Shown piece after piece: positions 15,051-28,909 of a stretch of 64,000 bases of DNA (within the stretch, counting starts at the first letter, position 1; the number at the start of each line of letters is the position of its first letter). The stretch spans positions 222,146,001 to 222,210,000 of the forward strand of contig OZ024740.1 of NCBI GenBank assembly GCA_964016885.1, in the 5' to 3' direction. Under the pieces are notes generated by a model. The model made no database searches. It was not told the DNA's origin and was given only the letters and a program-made list of their open reading frames with translations. This stretch comes from Eledone cirrhosa (Eukaryota). The position numbers and the translations under genes are program-made.

Positions 15051-15621
15051 TGATACCTAATATTAATGGTATGAAACAAAATCAAATAACATCTTGATTC
15101 AAAGTTAGCTCTTATGTAAAGAAAAATAGAGTCATAGGTTAGTAATAGCTCCTGCAAAGAATGAAATAAGGTCCTGTTGATCAAGTGTGCGACACACTTC
15201 AAAATATATTTCATTTCACTTACACACCGTTTTCTAACCTTTCTGAGAAAGATGTGAGCGTAACAGACTTTTTCTCCACTCCTAAAAAGTTAGTGCATTC
15301 TGTGCAGTCAAACGAAAGCATTATTAAATACTAGCCTAGCATATTTCTACCTATTAAAAATAGCAATTATTGATTTCATGTCAAATATGTAGTGGTCTAG
15401 ATTTGCAAATCACATTCTGCTGGATAAATCTAAGATAAGTGAATACTTTGAAACACGACTTAGGAAATAAATGTTATATGACATTTGTTTATTATGAAAA
15501 ATGTTGTGATCATCTAACTACACGAAACATGAAGTAAATTATACCACCGATTATAATATCTACCTGGTGTCAATTTCTAGTGGGATCTGCTTGGACTAGC
15601 AAACAGAATTGATGGTTCAGA

Positions 15622-16255
15622 TCTTCTTATTCTTATTCTTTGCCCACTTATTCCTGAGAGGGTCGTAGGAGCAGAGTCTTTAAACACTTCCTCCAACAGA
15701 TCCTGTCAGATGCAACCGTCTCCAATTGATCAGGATGGACCCCCAAGTTGAGCTAAGACACATTATCGAACCATCTTTCTCAGGGGTCTCCACCTGGATA
15801 TCCTGTAGGCTGGTTCGTCATGTAAAACTGGTCCAGCAATTATTTTCTGAGACAATCTAACCACATGGCCATAGAATCGGAGCTGTGATCTCTCAAATTG
15901 GAGAAGTAGCGGCTCTACCTAGAGCGACACTCTTATCTCCGAGCTACCCGCTCGATCAAGTAACGTTACTCTGAAGCCCCTTCGGAGGAACCCCATTTCG
16001 GCCGCTTGTATTCGCAATTGTATTCCTTTAGTCATTACCCAAGACTCAAGGCAGGAATATTGAATTGTGGCTAGCGTATCTGGCGTTTATGCCTACCTCC
16101 CTTCTTCTGATTACTGAGTGCTGAAGCTGGTGCATTACTGCACCAGCTCCTGCAATTCTTGCTCATAATTCAGCCTCCGGCCTTCCATCACTCGGGAACA
16201 TCGCTCTGAGATACTTGAACTTCTCAACCTGCTTCAGTGGGACTCGATTCAAATC
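15622..16255 (-). pseudogene. RTE-clade LINE 3' fragment
   Basis: Minus strand encodes PLKQVEKFKYL and QLRFYGHVVRLSQ; (AAGAAT)n-like tail at ~15623-15640; similar to 60213-60575. Confidence 0.75.
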
Positions 16256-17127
16256 TAGAATTCAAAAATTGATTATGTGATCCAATTAAATATTGAAATT
16301 GATTCAGTACAACCTCAACTAGATAATTCATTTTTTACTCGCTCCTAATTGGTTCTTAGCTATTTATGCAAAAGTCTCATTCAGATCACGTGTTGTTATG
16401 CGTGCTGAAGACTATATATTTTTTATTAGAAACGATGAAACAAAGATACTAGGATAATTATTTCAAAACATACACAATATAATTCGTATTTTATTTGTAA
16501 AAATGATCCAAATTCTCAGACAGGTAAATCAGGATTATCTATATATTTCAACTAAGCCGAACTGCACCATTTTGTGTGATTAAATAGGATAGATATAATA
16601 AGGACACCTATTTCAGGATACGTCGAATATATGTATAGTTGGTAACTTTTGAAGAGTATGACAAAATATGTCATGTATATTCTGAGGTTCTATCGAAGAT
16701 TCTGCCGAATCTGAGATAAATTTCTAAAATAAATTAATTCTGATATCAAACAAGATAACTGTGGTATGATGCATTCCTAAATTTACAAAATAAACATAAT
16801 ACCAAAATGATTTGCATTTTGTTATTAATAGAGTGACCTAAAAGATTGTAGGGAAAATCTGATTATTTAAGCTAGAATACAATGTAGAGTATTACTCAAA
16901 GCAACCTAACTGTTCAATGGTTGTGCTCTCAGCATATGTATATAATTAAGGAAGGTATTTTTTTTGCGGAAATTAGGAAGAACCCATAGTTAAATAAGGT
17001 ATAGATTTATAATTTGAATTTGAAATTAAATTTCAAGGCAACTACCTAGCCATGATAGCATAAAACCATTAATCTGGATACCTAAATATGGAATGTTACG
17101 CGATGACCCCCCCCCCCCCCACAGACA

Positions 17128-17311
17128 CACACAGCCCCGGCGGACAGGATGGAGAAGGCGTTCCCGCGGAGGACGGCAAGGGTGATGCGCTGGAAAAACC
17201 ACTCCAACTCGCGGGGTTCACACCTGCGGCTGGCCAGCTCAGCGCCTATGGTGGTGAGTAGGGAGGTAGCCCTGGGGCCGAGGACACCAGAAGTCTCCGC
17301 TGCCAGGGGTA
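17128..17311 (-). pseudogene. CRE-clade non-LTR retrotransposon C-terminal (REL) fragment
   Basis: Minus strand: PLAAETSGVLGPRATSLLTTIGAELASRRCEPRELEWFFQRITLAVLRGNAFSIL; second copy at 33960-34212. Confidence 0.75.
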
Positions 17312-18766
17312 GCCTTTATGGTGTTATTGCTTTTAGGTCAATTTACTTTGAACTCTTTTGAACTTGCTTTGCATTTCACATCGTGTTTGCTGTTTTCGAT
17401 ATAATACTGCTAACGAGGTGTCGGCAAAGAGTATATTGCGTTGAAATGTTTATCACGTTAATTTTTCCTTATAATTTTCAAGCTGTCGAATATAATATCT
17501 ACATTAGCCAGGAGATTGTCAATGAAAGAGTGAATCAAATTATCACTGATCTTCAGAAACTTGCTGTCAATAAGGTTTGTCAGACAGTATCATTCGGAAC
17601 CTTAAGGACATGTCAAGTATAATTAACAATATCTAAATTTCAGATACTAACATACGAAGTTTACCTCTGTGTATTTGTGAATGAGTGTGAATTTAAACGA
17701 ATGCTTCTGGGAGGATATGAAGACAGTTTAATGATTCTTGCAGACAAACAGACGCCAATGATATATTTACTTCTGCTTCGTAAAATCGATGTATGGAGTC
17801 TTAGCGTTGGTGGTACAAGACAATTAATAAAAACAAATAAAGGAGAATATAACAAAACAAATTTAAAATAAAAATTATTGTGTTACAAAGGTTTAAAGTT
17901 TATTATTTATATAAGTTTTGAGTTTCTAACTGAAGAGATTATGAATTTCTATAATGAACTTTAAAAGCCAAACTAAACCAAATCAGTAGGACAAAACAGT
18001 TCCAAAGGTCACCTGTTCATTACCTGTCAGAGGCACTCCACTTACACCTATAACTAAGAAGCTAAAAGACCCAATAGAACTATATGAAAATACCTCTTAC
18101 ATTTTAGTAAATATTGCGTTATTTATTTGCATTCTCTGTGTTTTTAGCTCAAATCCCGATAAGACCAACCTTGCATTCATCTTTTCGTGTTCTATACACT
18201 AACATATCAGTAGAATGTTGAGGATAGAATTGTTAGAGCATCGGAACAAATTCTACGGCTATTTGTGTCCTACGTTCAAATCTATTTTGGCCCTTTTGTG
18301 TGGTAGATTATAAATACGTTGCTAGGTTTAATATCAATATTTGGCGTTATGGTGCCTTTAATAGTCCATTGCATTGCAAGCATTCGAGCCCAATCTCTAG
18401 CTTGGGGATACTACCCTCTCACTTCAACAAGATTCACTCCCTGAAAGTGCTTATGTGGATTGCCCTTTATTTTCTGAGTAAAAACGAAAGAGTAGAATAT
18501 TCAATAGTGTGAGATACAACAGCTCAGCAAAAGTGAGGAGTGTTTCTTCAGTTCTCTTCTTTTTTAATAAAAATCATCCCGTTTGTCTGTCAAGTCCTCA
18601 AATTATTTTAGGGCAGTTCTTATATCAATTCCATCATCTGACAACAAATGGGTCATCTTAGAAGGATTAATGAAATTTAAACCTTGTTGAGTATCTCTGA
18701 CATTTTCTGAATTTTTTGTCACGTTAAAGGAACAAATACATAAATGTTATTTATCTGATTATTATC

Positions 18767-18914
18767 TTTCTAGCATAGTTACGTCCCTTTACGGTTTGAG
18801 TTCAAATCCCGCTGAGGTTAACTTTGCCTTTCATCCTTACTGGGTCGATAAAATAAACTACCAGTAATGTACTGGGTAATTGCTGGCCTTGTGCCTAAAG
18901 TAGAAACAGTTATT
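18767..18914 (+). mobile_element. 5'-truncated SINE with 18-bp TSD
   Basis: SINE consensus flanked by TTATTTATCTGATTATTA on both sides. Confidence 0.9.
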
Positions 18915-19287
18915 TATCTGATTATTACAAGTTTACAAGTGACAAAAAAAAAATGCAGACAAAAACGAAAAGGAAAGAAAACATTAATGAAATGAAGAGT
19001 GACTTTAGTCTTTGGCAGGAAGGTTTAATCTCAGTTGTACCCCACGGACAATATGGCGAAATTATTGCCGTGCAGAGCAGACAGCATTATTGACGGCATC
19101 ATCCATTCTACGCTGCGAGGCTTTTCTCCCAGACGTGGTGCACTAGACACGATTTGGAGGCCACTACAGAGCAGCAAGCGTCACTCAATGTCTGGTATTT
19201 ATTCATTTATCTCTTCTTGATAAATTAATCTATTAATTTATGCTCTGCACTGTATCTCACTGCACTGACGGGCACAACATGTATATA

Positions 19288-19850
<563 letters not shown>

Positions 19851-19984
19851 ATATATATATATATATAAACGTTTGAATATGTGTAATAAGGCCAAAACAA
19901 TGCAGGTATGGACGTAGAAACAAGAATGCAATAGTAAAAGATATTGTTGAGAATTCGTCTTTCACCTTGAATTTATTTTAATGT

Positions 19985-20019
19985 CCTTAATTTTCGAGAT
20001 AATATCTCTTCTTCGGAGG
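19985..20019 (-). ncRNA. Variant minimal hammerhead in the PLE 3' terminal repeat
   Basis: CCT-CCGAAGA-A-GAGAT-ATT-ATCTC-GAAAATTA-AGG, ~400 nt downstream of the PLE stop codon; U4C core, very short stem III. Confidence 0.55.
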
Positions 20020-20421
20020 GAAATAAAGGTCTCAAACCAGCGTCTTAAATCTCTAGCCAAGCCATGCTGACCGGAAATAGTATAGAGTATCTGTTCTAAC
20101 TCTAATATCGAAGAATTAAAATTAGGTGGATAAAGAGTAGTCTCCCTTTAAGAGGGGTTTGTTTAGGGTTTTTTTTTATTTTTTTTTTATATACGTGCCT
20201 GTATATGTGTGTGGGAGAATGCATGAAGGTGTAGGTATGTGGGTGTGTGTGTGTGAGTGTGGGAAGATAGGTCTAATCGTAAAAGTGGGGGGTAGGTGTT
20301 ATCTGGTGTTAGAACTGGTTTTGTGTGTGTATGTGTGAGAGAGAATAAGTGGAGGTGTAAGCGTGTGTGTGTGTGCGCGTGCGTGTGTGTGGGGTGTGTA
20401 AATATGGGGCTAGAGGCCCTA

Positions 20422-22490
20422 TCAGGTTATAAATTGGGTGTTGAGCTCTAGTCTATTATTGATTGGTGGATGTGTTTTATCTATAATAAGTGCTTCTTTA
20501 ATTCTAAGATTGCCGAGGTTTCTTTCCTTAGTTTCTATCCTAACTGTTATGTTTTTATCGGTGTTTTTGCATTTAACTAGGTGTTTCTTAAATGAGGAAG
20601 CGTTAGTATTGAGGTGTTCTTTTATTCTTATGTGGAGTGGTCTGGTGGTGCAACCTACGTAGAAGTTGTTGCATTTGTCACACTCTAGTCTGTATACTAC
20701 GTAAGCCTGGTGGCATAGGTCTGTGTGGTTGATGGGGCAGTTGGCTAGTCTGCAGCAGTTGTCATGTCTGGTGGAGTGTCTCTTGGCCAGCCGTCCGCGC
20801 AGAGAAGGAGCCGAGTTGGCCAGTTGGATATCCAGTCCCTCTCGTCTGATGGCTCTGCGGATGGCTGTTGTTGTTTCTTCACTGAAGTGTGGGAGCTTCA
20901 GGAAGCAAGTGTTAGTGCCTCGGGTGTGGTGTCCTCTGTTCTTTCTGGCACGGTTTGTGGTGGATGTCGTGTATCCGTTCAGTTTGAGTACTTCCAGGAA
21001 ATGTGTGGTGTGTGTGACTCTGTCTCTGGCGTCGGTGCATTTGTTCTTGATACGTGCCAGTTCGTTCTTTATGTATCCGAACTTGGCACCGAGTGGGAGG
21101 GCCGATCTGAAATGTACGAACAGGTCCCTGCTGGCGGATTTTTTATAGAAGCAGGTGTGGATGTTGCCTTCCTCCGTTACTCTGGGTTGGAAGTCCAGTA
21201 GGGATAGGGATCCGCGGTCATCGGGGTGTTCCATGCTGAACTTTATACTGGCGTCCATGCTGGAGAATGTTGTGTATATTTTCTCTGCCTCCTCACGGGA
21301 TGATGTAAGGATGAGTATGTCATCTACATGTCGGGTGAAGAAGGCACGGGAATGGCAGGTGTTGAGGGCTCGGCATTCTAGCTGGTTCATGTAGGTGATG
21401 GCCAGCAGGCCCGAAAGGCTGGATCCCATGGGTAATCCTGTTGTCTGTCTGTATGTGTGGTGGTGGAAGGTGAAGTACGTGTTGTCTACTGTGAAGGACA
21501 AAAGCTGGTGTATGTCCGTCGGGTGGAGGCCGTAGCAGTGGATGTTCTCTGCGACCACGCAATAAATCGACAGCTGGGTGAGCGGGGACTGTAGTGTAGA
21601 GGGAGACAACGTCGAGGCTAAAAGCGTCTTTATTTAGTTTAAGTTGTTCTGGCTGGAGTTGGTGTAGTCTACGTATAACTTCGTCGGAGCTACTGACATG
21701 CCCGGGGAAGGTGGAGAGTAGAGGCTTGAGGACCTGGGAGAGAAGCCAGGACATTTTGTATAGGGGTCCTTCTATGCTAGAGACGATGGGTCTTATTTGC
21801 GTCTTAGTGCTATTCTTGTGGGTCTTGATGAGGTGGTAGAAAGTGGGCAGTCTGCTATTTCTAGTGGTGTAGTTGAGCTTAACTTTATTCGGGAGTTGTC
21901 TTCTCCTACAGATATCGAACCAAATGGAGTTGGTCTGTTTTTCGATTTGGGCTGCAGTCATGTCCGGGATCACTGTGTATAATTCACCGTCGCTTAGGTG
22001 TTCGAAGGCTAGGTTATTGTATGTGGCTTGAGAGATGACGCAGAACTCTTTACCTTTGTCGGATGGTAAGTAAATAAGTTCCTTATTCCGTAGGTTCTTC
22101 AGGGCGAGTTGTTGTGTCCTGGAGAGGTTTGGGGCCATCTTCTTCTGTTTCCGTAAGATGTTAAATACGGAATGTTTTAGTCTCGAGAGTTTTTCTTCCA
22201 GCTGGCGGTTGGCGGGGGGTGGATAGAGTGGGCGATCTAGTTGGTATATCGGGAATCTGGGTGTGGTGGATTCCGTGGTGTTGTTGTCGAGAGTCGATAT
22301 CCATTTCAGTTGGTAGGCAGCCCGACAGAAATTCGTTTCTATGTCGAGCCATAGTCTGTCGTCCAGTCTCTGTTTCAATATGAACTTGGGACCCAGGCTG
22401 AGGAGGTCTAATTCCTCTCGGGAGAGGGATCCTGTCAAGTCTGTGACGAGGTGTTTTGCGTCAGGTGTGTTGTTGGTCGGGGTGCCGCTA
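20422..22490 (-). pseudogene. Penelope-like retroelement RT + Cys-rich linker + GIY-YIG endonuclease (one frameshift near 21560; 5' truncated)
   Basis: LSLGPKF, SDKG, PTFYHLIKTHK, RPIVS, SLDVVSLYT, QTTGLPMGS, RHVDD (YVDD decayed), YVVYRLEC..FYVGCTTRPLHIRIKEH, LRIKEAL. Confidence 0.95.
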
Positions 22491-22540
22491 GGAACTATAA
22501 CCTCCTCCCATATATATATATATATATATAATTTTTTATT

Positions 22541-23295
22541 TTTTTAGCCAGATAGAAATACCTTAATTCAAGTACATATAGTGCGTCTGTATCGATCTAG
22601 AGAATATTAAATATTAAATCTATACTTACAGACGTAAAATGGCAACTGCCTGGTGCCTAGAAAAGTTTAAATTTCAAAATTCAAACCTTTTCAGCAGATC
22701 GGGCGGAACTTCAAAACATAAACCTGTTTCACAAGGGATGTTATACTAATGAAATAATTAATTAATTACGGAATCACTATTTATAAAATAATTACTAGTG
22801 AAGTAATCAATTTTCTGTGATCTTCGGTAGGCACCCAGAAATTAAAATCACTTCTCCTAAGATAATATCTTAAGACTGATCTGTCGCAGGCCTAATACAT
22901 GTGCTTTTGCACACAACCTTCTCAGCATTCTGGCTCATAATCACATATGTGATTAGGAATTCAGCTCACCGTAGGAGCAGATTAATTTCAGTTTAGTAGA
23001 CAGTTACAAATATTAAGCTCTAAGAAAATACTTCTGAGCATTACACTATAATTTAAAAAAATATATGATCAACACTACTGTGTTTTTTTTTGCAAAATGA
23101 CAATAATTTTTTAGCCAGATAGAAATACCTTAATTCAAGTACATATAGTCCGTCTGTATCGATCTAGAGAATATTAAATATTAAATCTATACTTACAGAC
23201 GTAAAATGGCAACTGCCTGGTGCCTAGGCACCAGGCAGTTGCCATTTGAACTCAAACCGTAAAGGCACCAGGCAGTTGCCATTTTACGTCTGTAA
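22541..23295 (-). mobile_element. ORF-less HHR unit with ~120 bp terminal direct repeat (567 nt period) and short 5' inversion
   Basis: 22541-22660 repeats at 23108-23227; fold-back at CCTAGG (~23225); HHR-like motif at 22717-22831. Confidence 0.7.
22717..22831 (-). ncRNA. Variant hammerhead with long stem II insert
   Basis: CCTA-CCGAAGA-TC-ACAG..[~85 nt]..TTGT-GAAAC-AG-GTT-TATG; U4C core, imperfect stem I. Confidence 0.5.
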
Positions 23296-23779
23296 ATAAT
23301 ATATGTATTATATTTTTATTTTTATTTTTATTTTTATTTTTATTTTAATTCTTATTATTTTCATTTATATTTAAACTCTTAATAAGTGTTAGTTTGTGTT
23401 TGTATTGATGGAAATGTGTATTGATATATATGTATATGTGTGTACATATGTATATGTATATATATATATGTATATTGGGCCTTTTAATATTATTATTATT
23501 ATCATTATCATTATCAATTATATTATATTATATTATATTATATTATATTATATTATATATAGTACAATAATTGCCGCTCTATATCACCACCTTTGTTTAG
23601 CTTTAGTTTTTGCATTGTACTATATTTGTAATATGGTTCAAAATGTTATTCACTTCCTTAGCAATATTTACTTGATAATTTTTACTCGATAATTTTCCTA
23701 TGCTTTAATGTATGTACACTCCATATTCTTCTGAGTTTTTGGCTTGTATTGGCCGATAGTGCTTCTTATAGCTTTAATT

Positions 23780-23817
23780 GCCCTGATGAGTCCTTAATAG
23801 GACGAAACATTGTTGGC
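23780..23817 (+). ncRNA. Minimal type I hammerhead ribozyme
   Basis: GCC-CTGATGA-GTCC-TTAATA-GGAC-GAAAC-ATT-GTT-GGC; canonical core, 4-bp stem II; GTT site may be CpG decay of GTC. Confidence 0.85.
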
Positions 23818-24063
23818 TTATAAAGACTTTTGATGTATTGAAGGCTTCTTTGGTTTATTTTCATAATTCTTTGGCTCTGTTTAATTACATTGAGCTATAC
23901 CTTTACTGTCATTTCTATAATACGAAGAGGGTGTTTAACTCCAACACACTCTAGTATTTTAATTCTTATATATATATATATAAAGTTTATCCCGAGTTCA
24001 ATTGGGGGTAACTACAGTAGATAAGGTACTCAATACATAACAGTGTAGTATAAATATTTAATA

Positions 24064-24128
24064 TAGAAATGGCTTCTATAGGACTTGAACTGTTTCATTC
24101 GGTAGAAACCATCAGGAAGCCATTTCTA
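24064..24128 (-). ncRNA. Hammerhead ribozyme (two substitutions), 13-bp stem I
   Basis: TAGAAATGGCTTC-CTGATGG-TTTC-TACC-GAAT-GAAACAG-TTCAAGTC-CTATA-GAAGCCATTTCTA; same family as 41858-41908. Confidence 0.75.
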
Positions 24129-24148
24129 CACACACAGACACAGACACA

Positions 24149-24260
<112 letters not shown>

Positions 24261-25149
24261 GAATGTGTGTTTGTGTGTGTACGTGTGCTTGTTTAGAAAC
24301 TGCGTGCGAAATTTAAACATTGAGTTAGAAGCTTTCGATCTATATTTGATTACAGAAAAGAGTCAAATAACATGACATATACACCTCCAGAACGTGGAAG
24401 TCAAACCATACCTCTGTTTGCCGGACACGTGTGCTACCATTTACACCAACATGACCATCCACTATTTTCTGTAGTCAATAATACCTGATAGCTTCTAGTT
24501 ACATATTCAAATCTCACTCGCTCCATACATGCATATATAAATTTGAGTATGTGTTGCTTGGTTACCAACACTTCAGTATGCAGGGTAGAGCACTCAACGA
24601 AGTGCGCAGGTGGTTCTGTTTACTTCGGAATAATTTAAAATCATGAAGTGTAAGTCGACAGGGTAAAGTTAACTTCGTTTATTCATATTCGCTGTAATAT
24701 ATATTTCGGTGATAATATTTATGGAGACAGCTAGAATTTTAACAGAAAAACAGAAACACAGAAAAACATAATGATGGAACAAAGTTTACCTCTGTTATTT
24801 TGGTCCGTTGATATGTCCTGTCCCGAAGTATGGTGTTGTTTTCTCAAAGAACTGCTGGCATTTGATTTAGAATGAACGAATTGAAGCATCAGTAGAATTT
24901 ACCTTCCTTTCATTGGTCAGATACTGTCTTAACACTCCAATACTAAGTCTATTGAAATTCTTATGTCAGTTTTCCTAGAAAGAGGTCAGTTAGCGTTGTT
25001 TTAGCAACCACCTATAACTGTATATACCAGGATTCTGTCAAGGTTTAGGAAAAAGAAATACCTGTGAAGTGATAGAGTGGTTTACACTATTACCCGGGAA
25101 GAGTTGGATTAGATTTACCCAACTAGATATTACTAGCTAGTAATCTTCA

Positions 25150-27160
25150 ATCTCGCCCATAGTTTTAAATAAGGCCCTTGTATTCGCGATATGTAAAACC
25201 GACTTAACCCGCGTAGAAATAGGAATCATCCACGCCGCCAGAAAGACCTTGATCCATTTCGGGGGAGATCACTGGACCAGCAGTGATTGGCCCAATAACT
25301 GTGACATCACAATGGGTTCCAACGACGCTGCGCTAATAACGGGCCTGGTTGAGCTGTTCATACTGAAGCAAATTAAGGAGAAAATCCCCAACCTCGGCGG
25401 CGGTTTATATTGCGATCATGCCCTCTTCACCATCTCTAACCACAGCACTAGTATGTTGGAGAGAATGCAGAGCAGAATTACACACTTCTTTAGAAATCTA
25501 GGACTCAGTATAGAAATACACACCAATAGGAAAATAGTTAACTTCTTAGACACCACCCTAAACCTAAACACTGATCTATACTACCCTACCATAAACCGAA
25601 CGAGAAGCTAGTGTATGATAACGCTAAGTCCAACCACACTAGATCTATTATTAAGGCCGTAATCAAGAGTGTCTCGGACAGGATCTCCAACTTGTCTTCC
25701 AATAAGGAGATCTTCAATAGTAATGCTGATTATAATAATTGTTTCTACTTTTGGCACAAGGCCAGCAATTGCCCAGTGTATTACTGGTGCTTTATTTTAT
25801 CGACCCCCTAAGGATGAAAGGCAAAGTTAACCTCGGCGGGATTTGAACTCAGAATCGCAAAGGCCGTAACTCTATGCGTCAAAGCATGGCGTCCGACCCT
25901 CTACCGATACTGCCAATTCACCGTCCTAACCTGATTGTAATACTGATTATAATGCTGATTATAATAATACAGCATTATTATAATCCCGCCGAGGTTAACG
26001 TTGCCTTTCATCCTTAAGGGGTCGAGAAAATAAAGTACCAGTAATACACTGTGATAATTTCTGGCCTTGTGCCAAAAGTAGAAACAATTATTATAATACA
26101 GCTTTACCTAAGGCAACCCATGGCTAAATTATCAGTTATAACCCCAGGGGCCATGATAGAGATTCTCTACGGGGAAATTCGACAAATAGTCTCGGGAAGC
26201 AGGGAACCCACTTAATACAGGAAGCAGGGAAGCTACAGCACTTAAATCCCCATCACGCTTGCGAGAAAGACACATACCCCTGGGCATGCAAATAAACGCA
26301 ATACGTGAGATGGATCTAACGGTGATGCAAACCACCCCGGCCCCAGCGTCCTCAACCCACTCACTTAGGACTAGGCTTAAAAAGATAACATGGTATAATC
26401 CACCATACTCCGTGTGTCTGTAGACCAGCCTAGCCCGCTCATTCTTTAGAGCTCTGGCTACATGCTTCCCGAAGACCCACAGGTTCCATAACATTTTTAA
26501 TAAGCACATGGTGAAGCTCTCATACTCCACCACATGCAGCGTAGCTTAGCAAATGGCTACTATCAAGAGAAATAGACTTAAGACATTTAGACAGACAACA
26601 GTTGATTCTATAGACACCCAGCAGACAATGACAGGGTAAACAGTAGACCCGGGACTGACCTGAGTAACACCAACCGACCCAGGGACACTGTGCAAGTCAC
26701 AGGGATGGGACCGCTCCAACCTACCCAATGGGAACCCCACAGTAAACATGCAGGGGCTGGCCTTTTCATGCAACTGCAGAAACCCCGTCTTGTGCCCCCT
26801 TAGAAATGAATGCCTGATGAAGAACCTAGTTTACAGATGCACGGTTACAACCACCAACTCGGAAGATATATACATAGGAGCAACATCAACGAGCTCGAAG
26901 GAGAGATTGTATATTCCCCGCCACTCATTTAATGGGATCGACAAAAGGAAAACATTCGGCTCTTTCAGAACTGATCTGGAAGGACAAGCTGGATAAGAAC
27001 ACGTACTCTTTGTTTTGGTCTAAAGTTAGGGAGGTACCTCCAGACGGAGGTGGATCTGACATTTGCAGCCTCTGTCTGAGTGAAATACTTGAGATACTCA
27101 GTGATGGAATCAATTTAATCAATCGCAGGGCAGATTTCTTTCATGTCGACACCTAAAGAC
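25150..27160 (+). pseudogene. Degraded Penelope-like element (RT C-half + GIY-YIG), interrupted by SINEs
   Basis: DITMGS, GGLYCDH (GLYRDD decayed), VNFLDTTLNL, SNH..IIK..RISNLSSNKEIF, ITWYNPPYS, CNCR..CPL..CL..VYRC..YIGAT. Confidence 0.85.
25734..26092. mobile_element. Divergent SINE pair: full copy (-) 25734-25925 and 5'-truncated copy (+) 25982-26092
   Basis: Both match the SINE consensus; the linker is made of repeated and inverted target sequence CTGATTATAATAATACAGC. Confidence 0.85.
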
Positions 27161-27752
27161 GGGAAATTTCCTCAAGCTATATGGGTAGCAAGCCCACCAC
27201 ACTGAATCCCGGTGACACCAACCCCGCCTACTGACTAAACCTAACTCTCTCCTCTCTTCTCTTCTTGTCTCGATTAACATTTAAAAACACCCCAGAGCCG
27301 CACTTATTTAGCGGTTAGGCGCAGGCTTTACCTCGCAGTGGTTCACCTTTCTTTCTCACGTCCTTATGTCTAACACATGTGACCAGCCAGTAGCTATTTA
27401 GTGAGATAATATACGTTAGCAGAGTCCTACACTGGGTATCTCCATGCCTCCCACATTTCCGATCACTGGGCGTCACCATCCACCCCCAGTCTGTAATCCG
27501 GTTTTCCTAAGGACAAACTACCTCCAAATTAATTCCTTTCGCACATAAAAGTCAATACTAACTGTGATAAATAAATAAGGCGTACCTATTATTTCTATTT
27601 TCACCCGTCTAAAGGGTACATATGTGTCTATGTATGTGTGTATATACGTATGTGTGTGTATGTGCTTATATGTGCATGTGTGTGTATATATATGTGTACA
27701 TAGATATGTTTATATAAATATATGTGTGTATATGTAGATATATGTGCTTGCG

Positions 27753-27789
<37 letters not shown>

Positions 27790-27791
<2 letters not shown>

Positions 27792-28295
27792 CGTTTCTGA
27801 ATTTGTTTAGCAAGATTCTTTATCTGAAAACGTGTGTTGAAACCGATATTGTTATACTTTGGGAGGGTCATGTTGCCAATAAGAAACACACGCACCAGTT
27901 GCTTTCATTTCAATTTATTATTAATTAAATTTATAAATTTAGGAATTTATAAATTTCCGGTTGGTTGGTTCCACAACCAGACGATTGTTCATATATTGTC
28001 AAAGTTCTTTCGTCACACATTCTGTGACCTCGTCAGTGACTGGGGATTCTTTTCTTTGTTTTTGTGTCTCTCCTTTGTTCTGTCCTACGCCATCTTGTTT
28101 TTGTGTGTGTTGTGTGCTTAGATTGCGCATGTGTTACATCCGGGTGTCAACCAAAATTAAATAGAAAACATGAAGGGAACAGCAGCATCACAACTTACAA
28201 TTAAGGACAAAATGAAAACACACACACACATAGAACAAATCAACCAACCAGTAACATATAAATAAACAAATAAATAAACAAATATAAACACACAC
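27790..28295. mobile_element. PLE 3' end with inverted 5' piece (family of 52648-55165)
   Basis: 27790-28147 matches 52648-53020; 28148-28295 is inverted and encodes QPKLNRKHEGNSSITTYN*. Confidence 0.85.
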
Positions 28296-28678
28296 GTAAC
28301 CGCTTGGCGCCGCTGTTGTGATACAGAGCCGATACCGACTGTGCAACTCCTCATGATTTGAGTACTCCCATGATTAGTGGTCTCGTCTGTCTCAGCTCCG
28401 CAGACACTCCCTCTCCCCCTCTCTTTCTCTCTTTTATATATATGAGTGTGTGTGTGGGGGGAGGGGGTTGTATGTGTGTGTGTGTGGGGGGGGGGGGGGG
28501 TTGTATGTGTGTGTACGTGTGTATAGCCTGTGGATGTTGGTGTGTGTTTAGTAATAACAATCAAATACATTACAATAACAGGATAATAGCATAATTCTTA
28601 AAACGAAAGAATAAAAGTGAATTAAAGACTATACACACACACACACACATACACACACACACACACATATATATATAT

Positions 28679-28829
<151 letters not shown>

Positions 28830-28842
28830 TATATACATATAC

Positions 28843-28886
<44 letters not shown>

Positions 28887-28909
28887 TTTACGTATCGAGA
28901 AAGAGAAAA

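Noticed and set aside
12647-19200. Plus-strand exon-like segments at 12647-12712, 17483-17574 and ~19019-19194
   Set aside because: Splice signals are plausible, but there is no recognisable protein and no consistent phase chain
20438-22352. Antisense and alternate-frame ORFs overlapping the PLE (also 29632-30256 and 31469-32083)
   Set aside because: Shadow ORFs of GC-richer transposon coding sequence with no independent motifs
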